From: Acutalibacteraceae bacterium
GTDB lineage: Bacteria > Bacillota > Clostridia > Oscillospirales > Acutalibacteraceae
Direction of reading: 5' to 3'
Length of the DNA stretch: 64,000 nt
Assembly (NCBI GenBank): GCA_045577615.1
Contig: JAZNIT010000064.1
Coordinates: 1,694-65,693 of the forward strand
A model generated the notes under the pieces. The model did no database searches. It was given only the letters and a program-made list of their open reading frames with translations, and was not told the origin of the DNA. The position numbers and the translations under genes are program-made. Position 1 is the first letter of the stretch. Every line of letters starts with the position of its first letter. Below, one piece after another: positions 56,162-64,000 of the stretch.

Positions 56162-57640
56162 TTATAATATTATACAGATAAGGCCGCTGCATCCCTCATT
56201 TATAACTCTTTCAACTGTTTCCTGCATCTTCATTCTTGCGTCGCCGGGCATTCTTGCCAGTTTGGTATGCAATCCCTCGTTAACAAGCTCATGCAGTGAC
56301 TTGCCAAATATGTTTGAATCCCAAATCTTAATTGGATCTTGTTCAAACTCTTTGAGCAAATACATTATCAAATCTTCAGACTGCTTTTCTGACCCTACAA
56401 TCGGTGAAACCTCTGTGTTAATGTTTGCCTTCATCATATGTATTGACGGCGCTGACGCACGCAATCTTACACCATAGCGGCCACCTTGATGTACTATCTC
56501 AGGCTCCTCCAATGAAAGTTCTTCTATTTGCGGCATAACAATTCCGTATCCTGTTGCATCAACTTCGTCAAGCGCATCCTTAACTCGTTTATACTGCTTT
56601 GCCATAGCAGCAAATTCCGTGAGTGTTGACATTAAGTCCTGCTCATTATTTATTTTAACTCCCGTTTCTTCAGAAAGAATTTTATAAAACAAATCATCAT
56701 TTAGTCTTGCATTGATTTTGGCATCACCTGAACCTAAATCCATATCTTCAATGACGGCTTCGAATATGTTTTCCGACGCCGATAGATTTTTGGCCAAATG
56801 CTTTAAATCGCATATTTTAGATAAACCATTCATATTATGTTTGACTGACTCAAGAACTGATTTTCTAAGCCAATGTTCAAGAGGTAACGCAGCCAGCCAA
56901 TCAGGCAACTTTATCTCAATTTCACGAATTGGAAACTCAGTCAGCACCTGACTCATCAACGCCTTAATTTTATCCTCATCCAACGCCGAACAATCCACAG
57001 CCGTAACAGCGGTATTATATTTTGCGCTCATACTTTGTGCTAATTCTTTGGAAGTCTCACTATCAGGATTCATGGTATTAAGAAGCACTACAAAGGGTTT
57101 GTTGATTTGCTTTAACTCGTTAATAACCCGTTCTTCTGCTTCTTCGTAGTCTTCTCTTGGTATCTCCCCTATGCTACCGTCTGTTGTAATAACAAGACCA
57201 ATAGTTGAGTGCTCGTTGATAACTTTTTGAGTTCCGATTTCCGCCGCCATATTAAAAGGAATCGGTTGCTCATACCACGGAGTTTTTACCATCCGTGGCT
57301 TATCTCCTTCTATATATCCAATTGACGAGGGAACTATGTAACCGACACAATCTATAAGCCTTACAGACATATGACAACCGTCATCCATTTGCAAAGCAAT
57401 AGCATCCTCGGGTATAAATTTAGGCTCGGTAGTCATAATTGTTCTGCCCGAAGCAGATTGAGGGAGCTCATCCTTGGCGCGTTCACGCATTGAGGAATCG
57501 GCTATGTTGGGCAACACCATTACATCCATAAATCGTTTAATAAAGGTTGATTTTCCAGAACGCACAGGCCCCACTACACCTATATAGATATCCCCGTTTG
57601 TTCTGTTAGCTATGTCGCGATATATATTTGCACTTGTCAT
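56162..57640 (-). CDS. spoIVA: Stage IV sporulation protein A
   Basis: IYRDIANRTNGDIYIGVVGPVRSGKSTFIKRFM (Walker A). The ATG at 57640 lies 6 nt after GGAGGAG. Confidence 0.93.
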   Translation of the reverse strand: MTSANIYRDIANRTNGDIYIGVVGPVRSGKSTFIKRFMDVMVLPNIADSSMRERAKDELPQSASGRTIMTTEPKFIPEDAIALQMDDGCHMSVRLIDCVGYIVPSSIGYIEGDKPRMVKTPWYEQPIPFNMAAEIGTQKVINEHSTIGLVITTDGSIGEIPREDYEEAEERVINELKQINKPFVVLLNTMNPDSETSKELAQSMSAKYNTAVTAVDCSALDEDKIKALMSQVLTEFPIREIEIKLPDWLAALPLEHWLRKSVLESVKHNMNGLSKICDLKHLAKNLSASENIFEAVIEDMDLGSGDAKINARLNDDLFYKILSEETGVKINNEQDLMSTLTEFAAMAKQYKRVKDALDEVDATGYGIVMPQIEELSLEEPEIVHQGGRYGVRLRASAPSIHMMKANINTEVSPIVGSEKQSEDLIMYLLKEFEQDPIKIWDSNIFGKSLHELVNEGLHTKLARMPGDARMKMQETVERVINEGCSGLICIIL

Positions 57641-57724
57641 ATACGACTCCTCCATCGTTTTGCAATCTTTTGTATAAATTATGCCGACAATGCAGTGCAT
57701 ATAACTTTAATTAAAAATTTTCTA

Positions 57725-57752
57725 TTGACAAAGAATAAAAATGTGCTAATAT
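57725..57752 (+). promoter_or_regulatory. Promoter of the thiT leader
   Basis: TTGACA, 16 nt, TAATAT. Confidence 0.5.
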
Positions 57753-57765
57753 ATACTTGACATTA

Positions 57766-57860
57766 AAAATAGGGGTGCTGGTAATTGAACCGGCTGAGAT
57801 TTGTCGTTTTCGGCATAGACCCTTTGACCTGATTCGGATAATGCCGACGTAGGAACAATA
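57766..57860 (+). promoter_or_regulatory. TPP (THI-box) riboswitch
   Basis: GGGGTGC...CTGAGA...ACCCTTTGACCTGATTCGGATAATGCCGACGTAGGAA closely matches the conserved THI element. Confidence 0.9.
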
Positions 57861-57911
57861 TTAGAGCTCGTATTGTTTTTAGCCGTCCGGTTTATCCGTG
57901 ACGGTTTTTTT
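57854..57911 (+). terminator. Riboswitch expression platform (two weak terminator-like hairpins)
   Basis: AACAATA/TATTGTT followed by TTT, then CCGTC/GACGG followed by T7. Confidence 0.4.
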
Positions 57912-57932
57912 ATGTCGGAAAGGATTGATAAT

Positions 57933-58517
57933 ATGTTTAAAAATAAAACAAGACGGCTCACCGTCAGTGCAGTATTTATAGCTTTATCTGCCGTTTTAAG
58001 CCTGGTTAAATTCACATTACCTATTAACATTCATGGGGGTAGTATTACTCTGCTCAGCATGTTACCTATCGCTATGTTAAGCATTTGCTATGGCGCAAAA
58101 TGGGGCGTTTGGTCGGCATTTATCTATTCACTTGTTCAGCTTATGTTTGGCATAACTATGGATGGACTTTTTGCATGGGGACTAACACCCGTTGTGCTTA
58201 TCGGAACAATAATGCTTGACTACATTTTAGCCTTTAGTATACTTGGATTCTCAGGTGTATTTTCAAAAAAAGGCTTGTTCGGCATTGTAACCGGTGTCGC
58301 TATGACCATATCTTTGAGATTTGTTTTTCACTTTATTTCAGGCGTTGTTTTGTTCGGTCAATTTTCAGAAAGCGCAAGTTGGATATACTCATTGACCTAT
58401 AACGCATCATATATGTTGCCTGAACTAATAATAACCGTTGCATCTGCATCAGTATTGTTTGGTTTGCCACAAATCAAAAGGCTTATAAACAGATTGGCTC
58501 AAGGTAACGCATTATAA
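57933..58517 (+). CDS. thiT: ECF transporter S component for thiamine
   Basis: Six TM helices and a ThiT-like N-terminus (RRLTVSAVFIALSAVLS). Lies directly downstream of the TPP riboswitch. Confidence 0.85.
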   Translation: MFKNKTRRLTVSAVFIALSAVLSLVKFTLPINIHGGSITLLSMLPIAMLSICYGAKWGVWSAFIYSLVQLMFGITMDGLFAWGLTPVVLIGTIMLDYILAFSILGFSGVFSKKGLFGIVTGVAMTISLRFVFHFISGVVLFGQFSESASWIYSLTYNASYMLPELIITVASASVLFGLPQIKRLINRLAQGNAL

Positions 58518-58519
58518 TA

Positions 58520-58555
58520 AAAAGCCGCTTCCTTTAATACGGAAGCGGCTCAATT
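58520..58555. terminator. Bidirectional rho-independent terminator
   Basis: AGCCGCTTCC/GGAAGCGGCT stem. Confidence 0.7.
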
Positions 58556-58556
58556 T

Positions 58557-59273
58557 TTATACAGATGGAACAGGCTTTTTTACATTCGGGCAAACCAGTT
58601 CATCAATTCTTCTAGTGGGCTCTGCCCAAGCAACTGCATTTTTAATTACAGTTTGAACGTTTTTATTATAGAATGTGGGATAACTCTCGTGGCCGGGTTG
58701 GAAATAGAAGATTTTACCCAATCCTCGTGAATAGCAGCAACCTGAACGAAATACCTCCCCGCCTTCAAACCAACCAACGAAAACCAGATGTTCGGGTGTG
58801 GGAATATCAAACTGCTCTGCATAAGTTTCTTCGTGAGGAAGCTCAAAATAACGATCGATACCCTTGGTAATAGGATGAGAAGGATCAACAACCCAGATTC
58901 TTTCTAAATCACCATCCTCACGCCATGACAAATTACACGTAGTGCCCATAAGTGCTTTAAAGGGCTTGCTGTGGTGTGCAGAATGTAAAAATATCATACC
59001 CATGCCTTTTAAGACCGCATCGGTAACGCGCTTTACAACCTCATCAGCTACATCGCCGTGATTCATATGTCCCCACCAAATAAGAACATCAGTATTATCA
59101 ATAACCTCTTGGGTTAATCCGTGCTCAGGCTCATCAAGAACAGCAGTTGTAACATCATAGCCGGCCTCTGTCAAAAACTCGGCTATACAGCCGTGAATGC
59201 CATTAGGGTATATCTTTTTGACTTTATCAATTTTAATTTCGTGTCTGCCTTCATTCCAAACAGTAACTCTCAT
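58557..59273 (-). CDS. ThuA domain protein
   Basis: [13 protein letters not shown]-terminus, 238 aa, class I glutamine amidotransferase-like fold family. Confidence 0.8.
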   Translation of the reverse strand: MRVTVWNEGRHEIKIDKVKKIYPNGIHGCIAEFLTEAGYDVTTAVLDEPEHGLTQEVIDNTDVLIWWGHMNHGDVADEVVKRVTDAVLKGMGMIFLHSAHHSKPFKALMGTTCNLSWREDGDLERIWVVDPSHPITKGIDRYFELPHEETYAEQFDIPTPEHLVFVGWFEGGEVFRSGCCYSRGLGKIFYFQPGHESYPTFYNKNVQTVIKNAVAWAEPTRRIDELVCPNVKKPVPSV

Positions 59274-59333
59274 AATTCGTACCCCTTTGTATTTTTAATT
59301 ATTATAACACATTCATTTGAAAAATACAACACA

Positions 59334-59359
59334 AAACGCACCTTGATATCAAGGTGCGT
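59334..59359 (-). terminator. Rho-independent terminator
   Basis: Palindrome AACGCACCTTGATATCAAGGTGCGTT followed by TTTGTG on the minus strand. Confidence 0.65.
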
Positions 59360-59365
59360 TAACTA

Positions 59366-60907
59366 TTATGCAGACGGTATAACCAATGTAATTTCTCCGG
59401 TTATAAGATCGTCCTTCAAATTATTAGTGGTTGCAATTGCCTGCGGTGTAGTATTATATCTGCGCGCCACATCCCACACACTATCACCTTTATGAGCAAA
59501 GTATACAACAATTGAAGAAGGCTTGCATCTGCGCAGATGCTCGTTGTTCAACTGTATAGAAGAAACGACCTTACACGAGGTTTGTTCAACAACATCAAGG
59601 CAAAGGTTTAGCTCACACACAAGCTCAAACAAATCCCCTTTACTTATAGCGACACAACTCTTAGCAGCAACCGTGCTTTTAATATAAAAATGCTCAGGCA
59701 ACTCAATATTTAACACCTTGTTATAATCAAAAGTTCGCTCATAATATGAAGGCTCACCCTGTTTATCCCTCATTATCATACAAATTTGCACACTACCCTT
59801 TACATCAACAGAGCCGTCATTTGAAGTTGTATCTGAAATTGATGGAACGCACCACATATCTACCACTTGCATATCCTGATTAAACGGCAAGTCAAAATTA
59901 TAACTCACCTTTAAATTTTCAGTTATGCTACTTGCTACCTTTTCAAAGCAAACATCATTCCAACCAAGTGACATATCATATTTTGTTGAATAAGCATCGG
60001 TTATGTAAGGAATCTCATTTTCACAAAAAGCATCTACGCTCAATAATAATTTAACCGATGCAGATATAACCCGCATATCACCACTCATACCCGTACGAGG
60101 CATTAACTCTGAACTGATAATGTTGCCTTTTACAATACAAGTACAGTTTTCGTTAATCCCCTGTGCTTCAACAATCTGACTAAAAGGAATAGACTCCTTA
60201 AAGCATTCACAATCAACAGTTTCTTCACCAAAATATAAAACATTCATTAAAATCTCGCCTTTTACCACTACCCTGTTTTCTACGATTTTCTTATCATTAA
60301 TCACAACATCCAAATCGCTGCGCAATATATTTCTGATTGCAGGGCATTTATCAGGCAATGATACCTCATCATTAATAAGCAGATATTTATCAGCTCTGCC
60401 TGATGGACTTGAAGCTGGAGCAACATTGCGTTTCATCTGAACATGGGTTTCATCAACATCGGCAACCACGGCAACCTCGCAGCACGTAACAACGTTTACA
60501 GCCATAGAAATAGCAGAATGAACATCTACCGTTCTTTCGGTAGTAGCTCTGCAATTACAATAATCGGTTTTGCATTCAACCTGAACGCTGTGACATCCAT
60601 CTTCGGCAGAAAAATCAATCTTTTTATTAAAAGGAGTCTGCACATCCAACGCCCTAATGCCGCAGTCCTTATCAGCATATATAAGATTAAGGCAAACTAC
60701 CCCATCAATGTTAATTTGCCCACCTTCCGCGTTTTTCTGCGCAACCTTGGCATTAACTCTGCACTTTAATATTCTATGTATATCGGGATAGTAATCGGGC
60801 AGGCTTATCTCTGTATCAAAGGCGTGCTCAACAGTTTGACGAAAGGTAGTTTTATTCACCTTAACCATTTGAGAGATATATTTGCAATCCATATATAACA
60901 GCTCCAT
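59366..60907 (-). CDS. SPOCS (DUF3794) repeat protein with a C-terminal LysM domain
   Basis: LPDYYPDIHRILKC-type DUF3794 motif and a C-terminal LysM (KGDSVWDVARRYNTT...). Confidence 0.78.
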   Translation of the reverse strand: MELLYMDCKYISQMVKVNKTTFRQTVEHAFDTEISLPDYYPDIHRILKCRVNAKVAQKNAEGGQINIDGVVCLNLIYADKDCGIRALDVQTPFNKKIDFSAEDGCHSVQVECKTDYCNCRATTERTVDVHSAISMAVNVVTCCEVAVVADVDETHVQMKRNVAPASSPSGRADKYLLINDEVSLPDKCPAIRNILRSDLDVVINDKKIVENRVVVKGEILMNVLYFGEETVDCECFKESIPFSQIVEAQGINENCTCIVKGNIISSELMPRTGMSGDMRVISASVKLLLSVDAFCENEIPYITDAYSTKYDMSLGWNDVCFEKVASSITENLKVSYNFDLPFNQDMQVVDMWCVPSISDTTSNDGSVDVKGSVQICMIMRDKQGEPSYYERTFDYNKVLNIELPEHFYIKSTVAAKSCVAISKGDLFELVCELNLCLDVVEQTSCKVVSSIQLNNEHLRRCKPSSIVVYFAHKGDSVWDVARRYNTTPQAIATTNNLKDDLITGEITLVIPSA

Positions 60908-60956
60908 TTCACTTCGTTTTATACTATTCTATATTCTAAAGTGTCGCAATATATGA

Positions 60957-60984
60957 ATAAAAAAATCCGACCTAAGTCGGATTT
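60957..60984 (-). terminator. Rho-independent terminator after spoVM
   Basis: AAATCCGAC/GTCGGATTT stem followed by a T-run on the minus strand. Confidence 0.7.
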
Positions 60985-60991
60985 ATGTATA

Positions 60992-61075
60992 TTAGTTATC
61001 TTCTTTTTTAATTTTAAAAAGAACTCTCAAAATACCGCTTAATATTTTAGGACTTTTAACCACAACAACCTTCAT
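60992..61075 (-). CDS. spoVM: Stage V sporulation protein M (27 aa)
   Basis: Not in the ORF track. GGGGGTG RBS. MKVVVVKSPKILSGILRVLFKIKKEDN resembles B. subtilis SpoVM (MKFYTIKLPKFLGGIVRAMLGSFRKD, recalled from memory). Lies downstream of thiN as in Bacillus. Confidence 0.75.
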   Translation of the reverse strand: MKVVVVKSPKILSGILRVLFKIKKEDN

Positions 61076-61089
61076 AAACTGCACCCCCG

Positions 61090-61248
61090 TCAAAGCTTGA
61101 ATCGACATAAGCCAAGCACAAGCAGGCCTATGGCAAGAATGACAATAATAGCGGCAGCCGGTAAAATATATGATGACACCAGCCCCAAAGCATAAACAGC
61201 AAGCAGGGCGGCCACACCAAAGCCATTACATCTACAATTCTTGCGCAT
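61090..61248 (-). CDS. Small hypothetical membrane protein (52 aa)
   Basis: Not in the ORF track. GAGGTG RBS. MRKNCRCNGFGVAALLAVYALGLVSSYILPAAAIIVILAIGLLVLGLCRFKL has two predicted TM helices. Confidence 0.4.
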   Translation of the reverse strand: MRKNCRCNGFGVAALLAVYALGLVSSYILPAAAIIVILAIGLLVLGLCRFKL

Positions 61249-61305
61249 TAGCTCACCTCATTGGATATGTCTGCTAACATATTACGCAAGAATCACAAAA
61301 TTGTG

Positions 61306-61929
61306 TCAGTCGCGACTTAAAAATACAGCAACAGTGCCTTTTTTAACCGAAACGCAGCAATAATCATCAACGATTTCGTTGCTGATTCCAATGGGATGAC
61401 TGCCTTGCAAGGTGTAGTTTGACAATGGATATTTTACTCCCGTCAGGTTGACACCCTTAGCCTCGCAGCAAAAAGGAAGAACGGATAAAAATCTGCCATC
61501 CTTCCTTTCGACAGTGCATTGACCGTTTTCAAGCAAAAACACCGAATTGTGTTCATCAATTGCAACAGCGTAAATACCGTTATCAAGCAAAAATTTAAGA
61601 ACGAACAAATTACCGAATGTATGGTCAAGACGAGTGCCCGACCAACCAAAAATCCGCACCTTGCAGGCACCCAACTTCACCGCTAAACGTGCAGCTGACA
61701 TTGTGTCGGTATCATCTTTTTCAGTAGGCAACTTTATAAACTCGCCGCAATTATGCCGACTATCGACCGAGTCCAAATCTCCAACCCAATAATCAGCAAC
61801 AGCACCTATCTTTTCAGCGTGCAATATGCCAGAATCAGCACAAACAATTACATCAGCTGTTTCAGCAGCTTTGGCTGCCTGAGTATAATCAGCAATGCTA
61901 CCGCCTGCAAAAATAACACAATTCATCAT
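61306..61929 (-). CDS. thiN: Thiamine diphosphokinase
   Basis: TPK family sequence (DSGILHAE...GDLDS...KDDTD). The ATG at 61929 overlaps the rsgA stop. Confidence 0.85.
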   Translation of the reverse strand: MMNCVIFAGGSIADYTQAAKAAETADVIVCADSGILHAEKIGAVADYWVGDLDSVDSRHNCGEFIKLPTEKDDTDTMSAARLAVKLGACKVRIFGWSGTRLDHTFGNLFVLKFLLDNGIYAVAIDEHNSVFLLENGQCTVERKDGRFLSVLPFCCEAKGVNLTGVKYPLSNYTLQGSHPIGISNEIVDDYCCVSVKKGTVAVFLSRD

Positions 61930-62798
61930 TTTAACTCCCACTCATTTATAGCGGAACAATCCTTGTAAATCGCACAATAGCTGTCGTGACGGGATTTACT
62001 AATCTTGCCTGCGTTCACTGCGGCAATTACTGCGCAGCCCTTTTCGCATGTATGAGAGCAAGTGGTAAACCTACAATCATCAATGTAATCTACAAACTCA
62101 CGAAAACTTGCGGCAACCTTATCCTTACTTACACGTTCAGATTCAACCGTAGCAAAGCCCGGAGTATCCGCGATAAAGCCACCATTGCCATTAGAAAAAA
62201 GCTCGCAGTGGCGGGTTGTATGCTTACCTCTGCCAAGTTTTGTGCTTATCTCGCCGGTTTTTAGTTCATACTCATCAAACATTGCATTGATAAGGCTACT
62301 CTTTCCAACTCCCGAATTGCCAGTAAGCACACTTATTCCTTTTCCAAAGGAGGCTTTAAGCTCTTCAATACCTTCACCCGTCAGACACGATACTGAATAA
62401 ACCTGGAATCCGGCATTTCGATAAATGTCTTCATACTCCTCAAAACTACCCATATCACACTTGTTAAAAACGATAACGGGTTCTATGCCCTTGCTTTCAC
62501 ATTGACCGATCAGCTTATCGATAATCAAGGTGTTTGGAGCAGGCGATGAAAAGGATGAAATAATATAAAGCTTATCCACATTAGCAACGGTAGGTCTGAC
62601 CATAGCGTTTTTACGGTCAACAATTTGATCAAGAACAGCCGCCCCCGACTCAAACTGAATTACGGCGTTATCCCCTACAAGGGGGGTAACGCCGTTTTTT
62701 CTCATTATGCCGCGGGCACGGGTTTCGTAAATGCTTTCGCCGTCAGAAACATAGTAAAAACCTGACAACGCTTTAGTTATAATACCTTTAATAATCAT
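61926..62798 (-). CDS. rsgA: Ribosome small subunit-dependent GTPase A
   Basis: ALSGFYYV OB-fold domain, G1 motif GNSGVGKSSLIN and a C-terminal zinc cluster. Start uncertain: ATG at 62798 or TTG at 62816. Confidence 0.9.
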   Translation of the reverse strand: MIIKGIITKALSGFYYVSDGESIYETRARGIMRKNGVTPLVGDNAVIQFESGAAVLDQIVDRKNAMVRPTVANVDKLYIISSFSSPAPNTLIIDKLIGQCESKGIEPVIVFNKCDMGSFEEYEDIYRNAGFQVYSVSCLTGEGIEELKASFGKGISVLTGNSGVGKSSLINAMFDEYELKTGEISTKLGRGKHTTRHCELFSNGNGGFIADTPGFATVESERVSKDKVAASFREFVDYIDDCRFTTCSHTCEKGCAVIAAVNAGKISKSRHDSYCAIYKDCSAINEWELK

Positions 62799-64000
62799 AA
62801 CCCTCGAAATCTTCAAATCCTCGACTAAAGCACATTACTTGAGATCTTTCATATTTCCAAACCTCAAACACTCTGCCATCAATCCAAATTTCAACATTAC
62901 CCTTTTCTACCGTAGTAGTAAAATTGATTACATGTGCATCTTGTGTATCTGTGCTGGTATAAATACTGTTGCGTTCAGCATCGAAAACCTCTACTCTGTA
63001 CGTATCACCCAACCCCGGATATTCATCAGCAGAGGGTGAATTAAATGTAAAGCTAACATTATAGGTTGTGCCGGAAGGGGCATTACCTGTGCTTAAAACA
63101 ACATATACGGTCGATCCAACTGCTACATCAGTATCAGCAGATACAGTTTGACTGATAACATAACCCGCAGGCATCAAACTGTTTTGAGATGACTTAATAT
63201 CAAGTTTAAGTCCAAGTTTTTTAAGCTTAAGCTCTGCATCTTCCTTTGAAATGCCAACAATATCAGGCATTTTAACCATAACATCTTCTTTACCTTTACT
63301 GATGATAATGGTTACCTTGGTTTCGTCGGTAACAGGCTCACCACGCTTGGGCTCGGTTCTGATTACGCTGCCTTTTTTAATTTTGGCGTGATGCTCATAT
63401 TGAACAACATACTCTAAGCCAAAGCCGTCAATAATGCCAACAGCAACGTCTTCGGTTTTTTCGTAAATATCAGGCAAGGTTTTGGTCTTTTTGCCAAGGC
63501 TTACCACAACCTCAACCTCAAGGTCTTTACGCAAGAACTTATCTTCTTCTTCAGATTGATACAAAATAGCACCAACGGGATATTCATCACTATATTCGTA
63601 ATCAGAAATGATTATATTGATGGATCTGTATTTTGCGCAAGCATCATCATAATCGGTACCAACAAGCTGAGGGCAACGAACAGATCCGGTACTTTCACCG
63701 GTATCGTTAAAAGCCTTAAATACGAAAACAAGAACTATTGCAATAGCAATAACCATAACAGTTGCAATACCTGCCAAAACAGGCACAACTGAGCTCTTTT
63801 TAGGCTCATCATCGTCGTCATAATAATCATCATTATCCGAACTGTTGGTAAGCACCTTATATTCGGGCTTAACCTCCTTGACATCCTCGTCATCACCGTA
63901 AAGCATACCAACCTTTTGAGCAACACTGTTAACAGGGACATCGTTTGCGGGAGCAGGAGCAGGCTTAACATTGTTAAGGTTCACAAAGCGTGTGGGACTA
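62788..64000 (-). CDS. prkC: PASTA-domain Ser/Thr kinase PrkC, C-terminal part (5' end beyond the window)
   Basis: The frame is open to the window edge. TM helix, three PASTA repeats and a C-terminal beta-rich domain. prkC-rsgA-thiN synteny. Confidence 0.8.
   Translation of the reverse strand, partial: SPTRFVNLNNVKPAPAPANDVPVNSVAQKVGMLYGDDEDVKEVKPEYKVLTNSSDNDDYYDDDDEPKKSSVVPVLAGIATVMVIAIAIVLVFVFKAFNDTGESTGSVRCPQLVGTDYDDACAKYRSINIIISDYEYSDEYPVGAILYQSEEEDKFLRKDLEVEVVVSLGKKTKTLPDIYEKTEDVAVGIIDGFGLEYVVQYEHHAKIKKGSVIRTEPKRGEPVTDETKVTIIISKGKEDVMVKMPDIVGISKEDAELKLKKLGLKLDIKSSQNSLMPAGYVISQTVSADTDVAVGSTVYVVLSTGNAPSGTTYNVSFTFNSPSADEYPGLGDTYRVEVFDAERNSIYTSTDTQDAHVINFTTTVEKGNVEIWIDGRVFEVWKYERSQVMCFSRGFEDFEGYDY

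Noticed and set aside
57641-57724. A sigma-E type promoter for spoIVA
   Set aside because: ATA-rich hexamers resembling the -10 element (CATAATTT, ATACAAA) are present. The match and spacing are too ambiguous to call by eye.

Overview
By eye this is an AT-rich, mostly core-genome segment of a spore-forming Clostridia genome. SpoIVA, SpoVM, CwlD, YtfJ/GerW and DacB are present, and a dockerin-bearing secreted protein suggests a Ruminococcus/Oscillospiraceae-like organism. That taxonomic guess is inference only. I support about 75 protein genes, most on the minus strand, 5 tRNAs, 1 TPP riboswitch and 1 intact insertion sequence.

Main blocks in order:
- a pyrimidine operon, pyrC-carB-pyrK-pyrD-pyrF-pyrE-pyrB-pyrI, with no carA or pyrR
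- secG
- a three-gene biotin carboxyltransferase cluster (12S-like, BCCP, 5S-like)
- rluB-dacB-ytfJ-scpB-scpA
- a tRNA Val-Asp-Phe-Gly operon
- hslO and a yerC-like gene
- an IS481-like element
- an accessory-looking stretch (about 21-30 kb) of membrane, lipoprotein, LysM and dockerin proteins plus a lone tRNA-Ala
- radA, cwlD and yajC
- three tandem SGNH/GDSL lipoprotein paralogs
- rqcH-nif3-trmK and ftsH-hpt-tilS
- dnaB-rplI-gdpP-rnj and comM
- two transporters, spoIVA and a TPP riboswitch-thiT unit
- spoVM-thiN-rsgA-prkC

I found no convincing multi-gene novel system (defence, toxin-antitoxin, CRISPR or biosynthetic cluster). The most checkable oddities are:
- a 25-bp direct repeat flanking the IS
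- decay of the signal peptide of the third SGNH paralog (homopolymer frameshift plus TGA at the lipobox Cys)
- a zinc-ribbon/DUF2628 gene split by a one-base homopolymer change
- a divergent 12S-like carboxyltransferase
- an unannotated spoVM and other small ORFs
- two unexplained leader hairpins

Small-feature coordinates were counted by hand and may be off by 1-2 nt.
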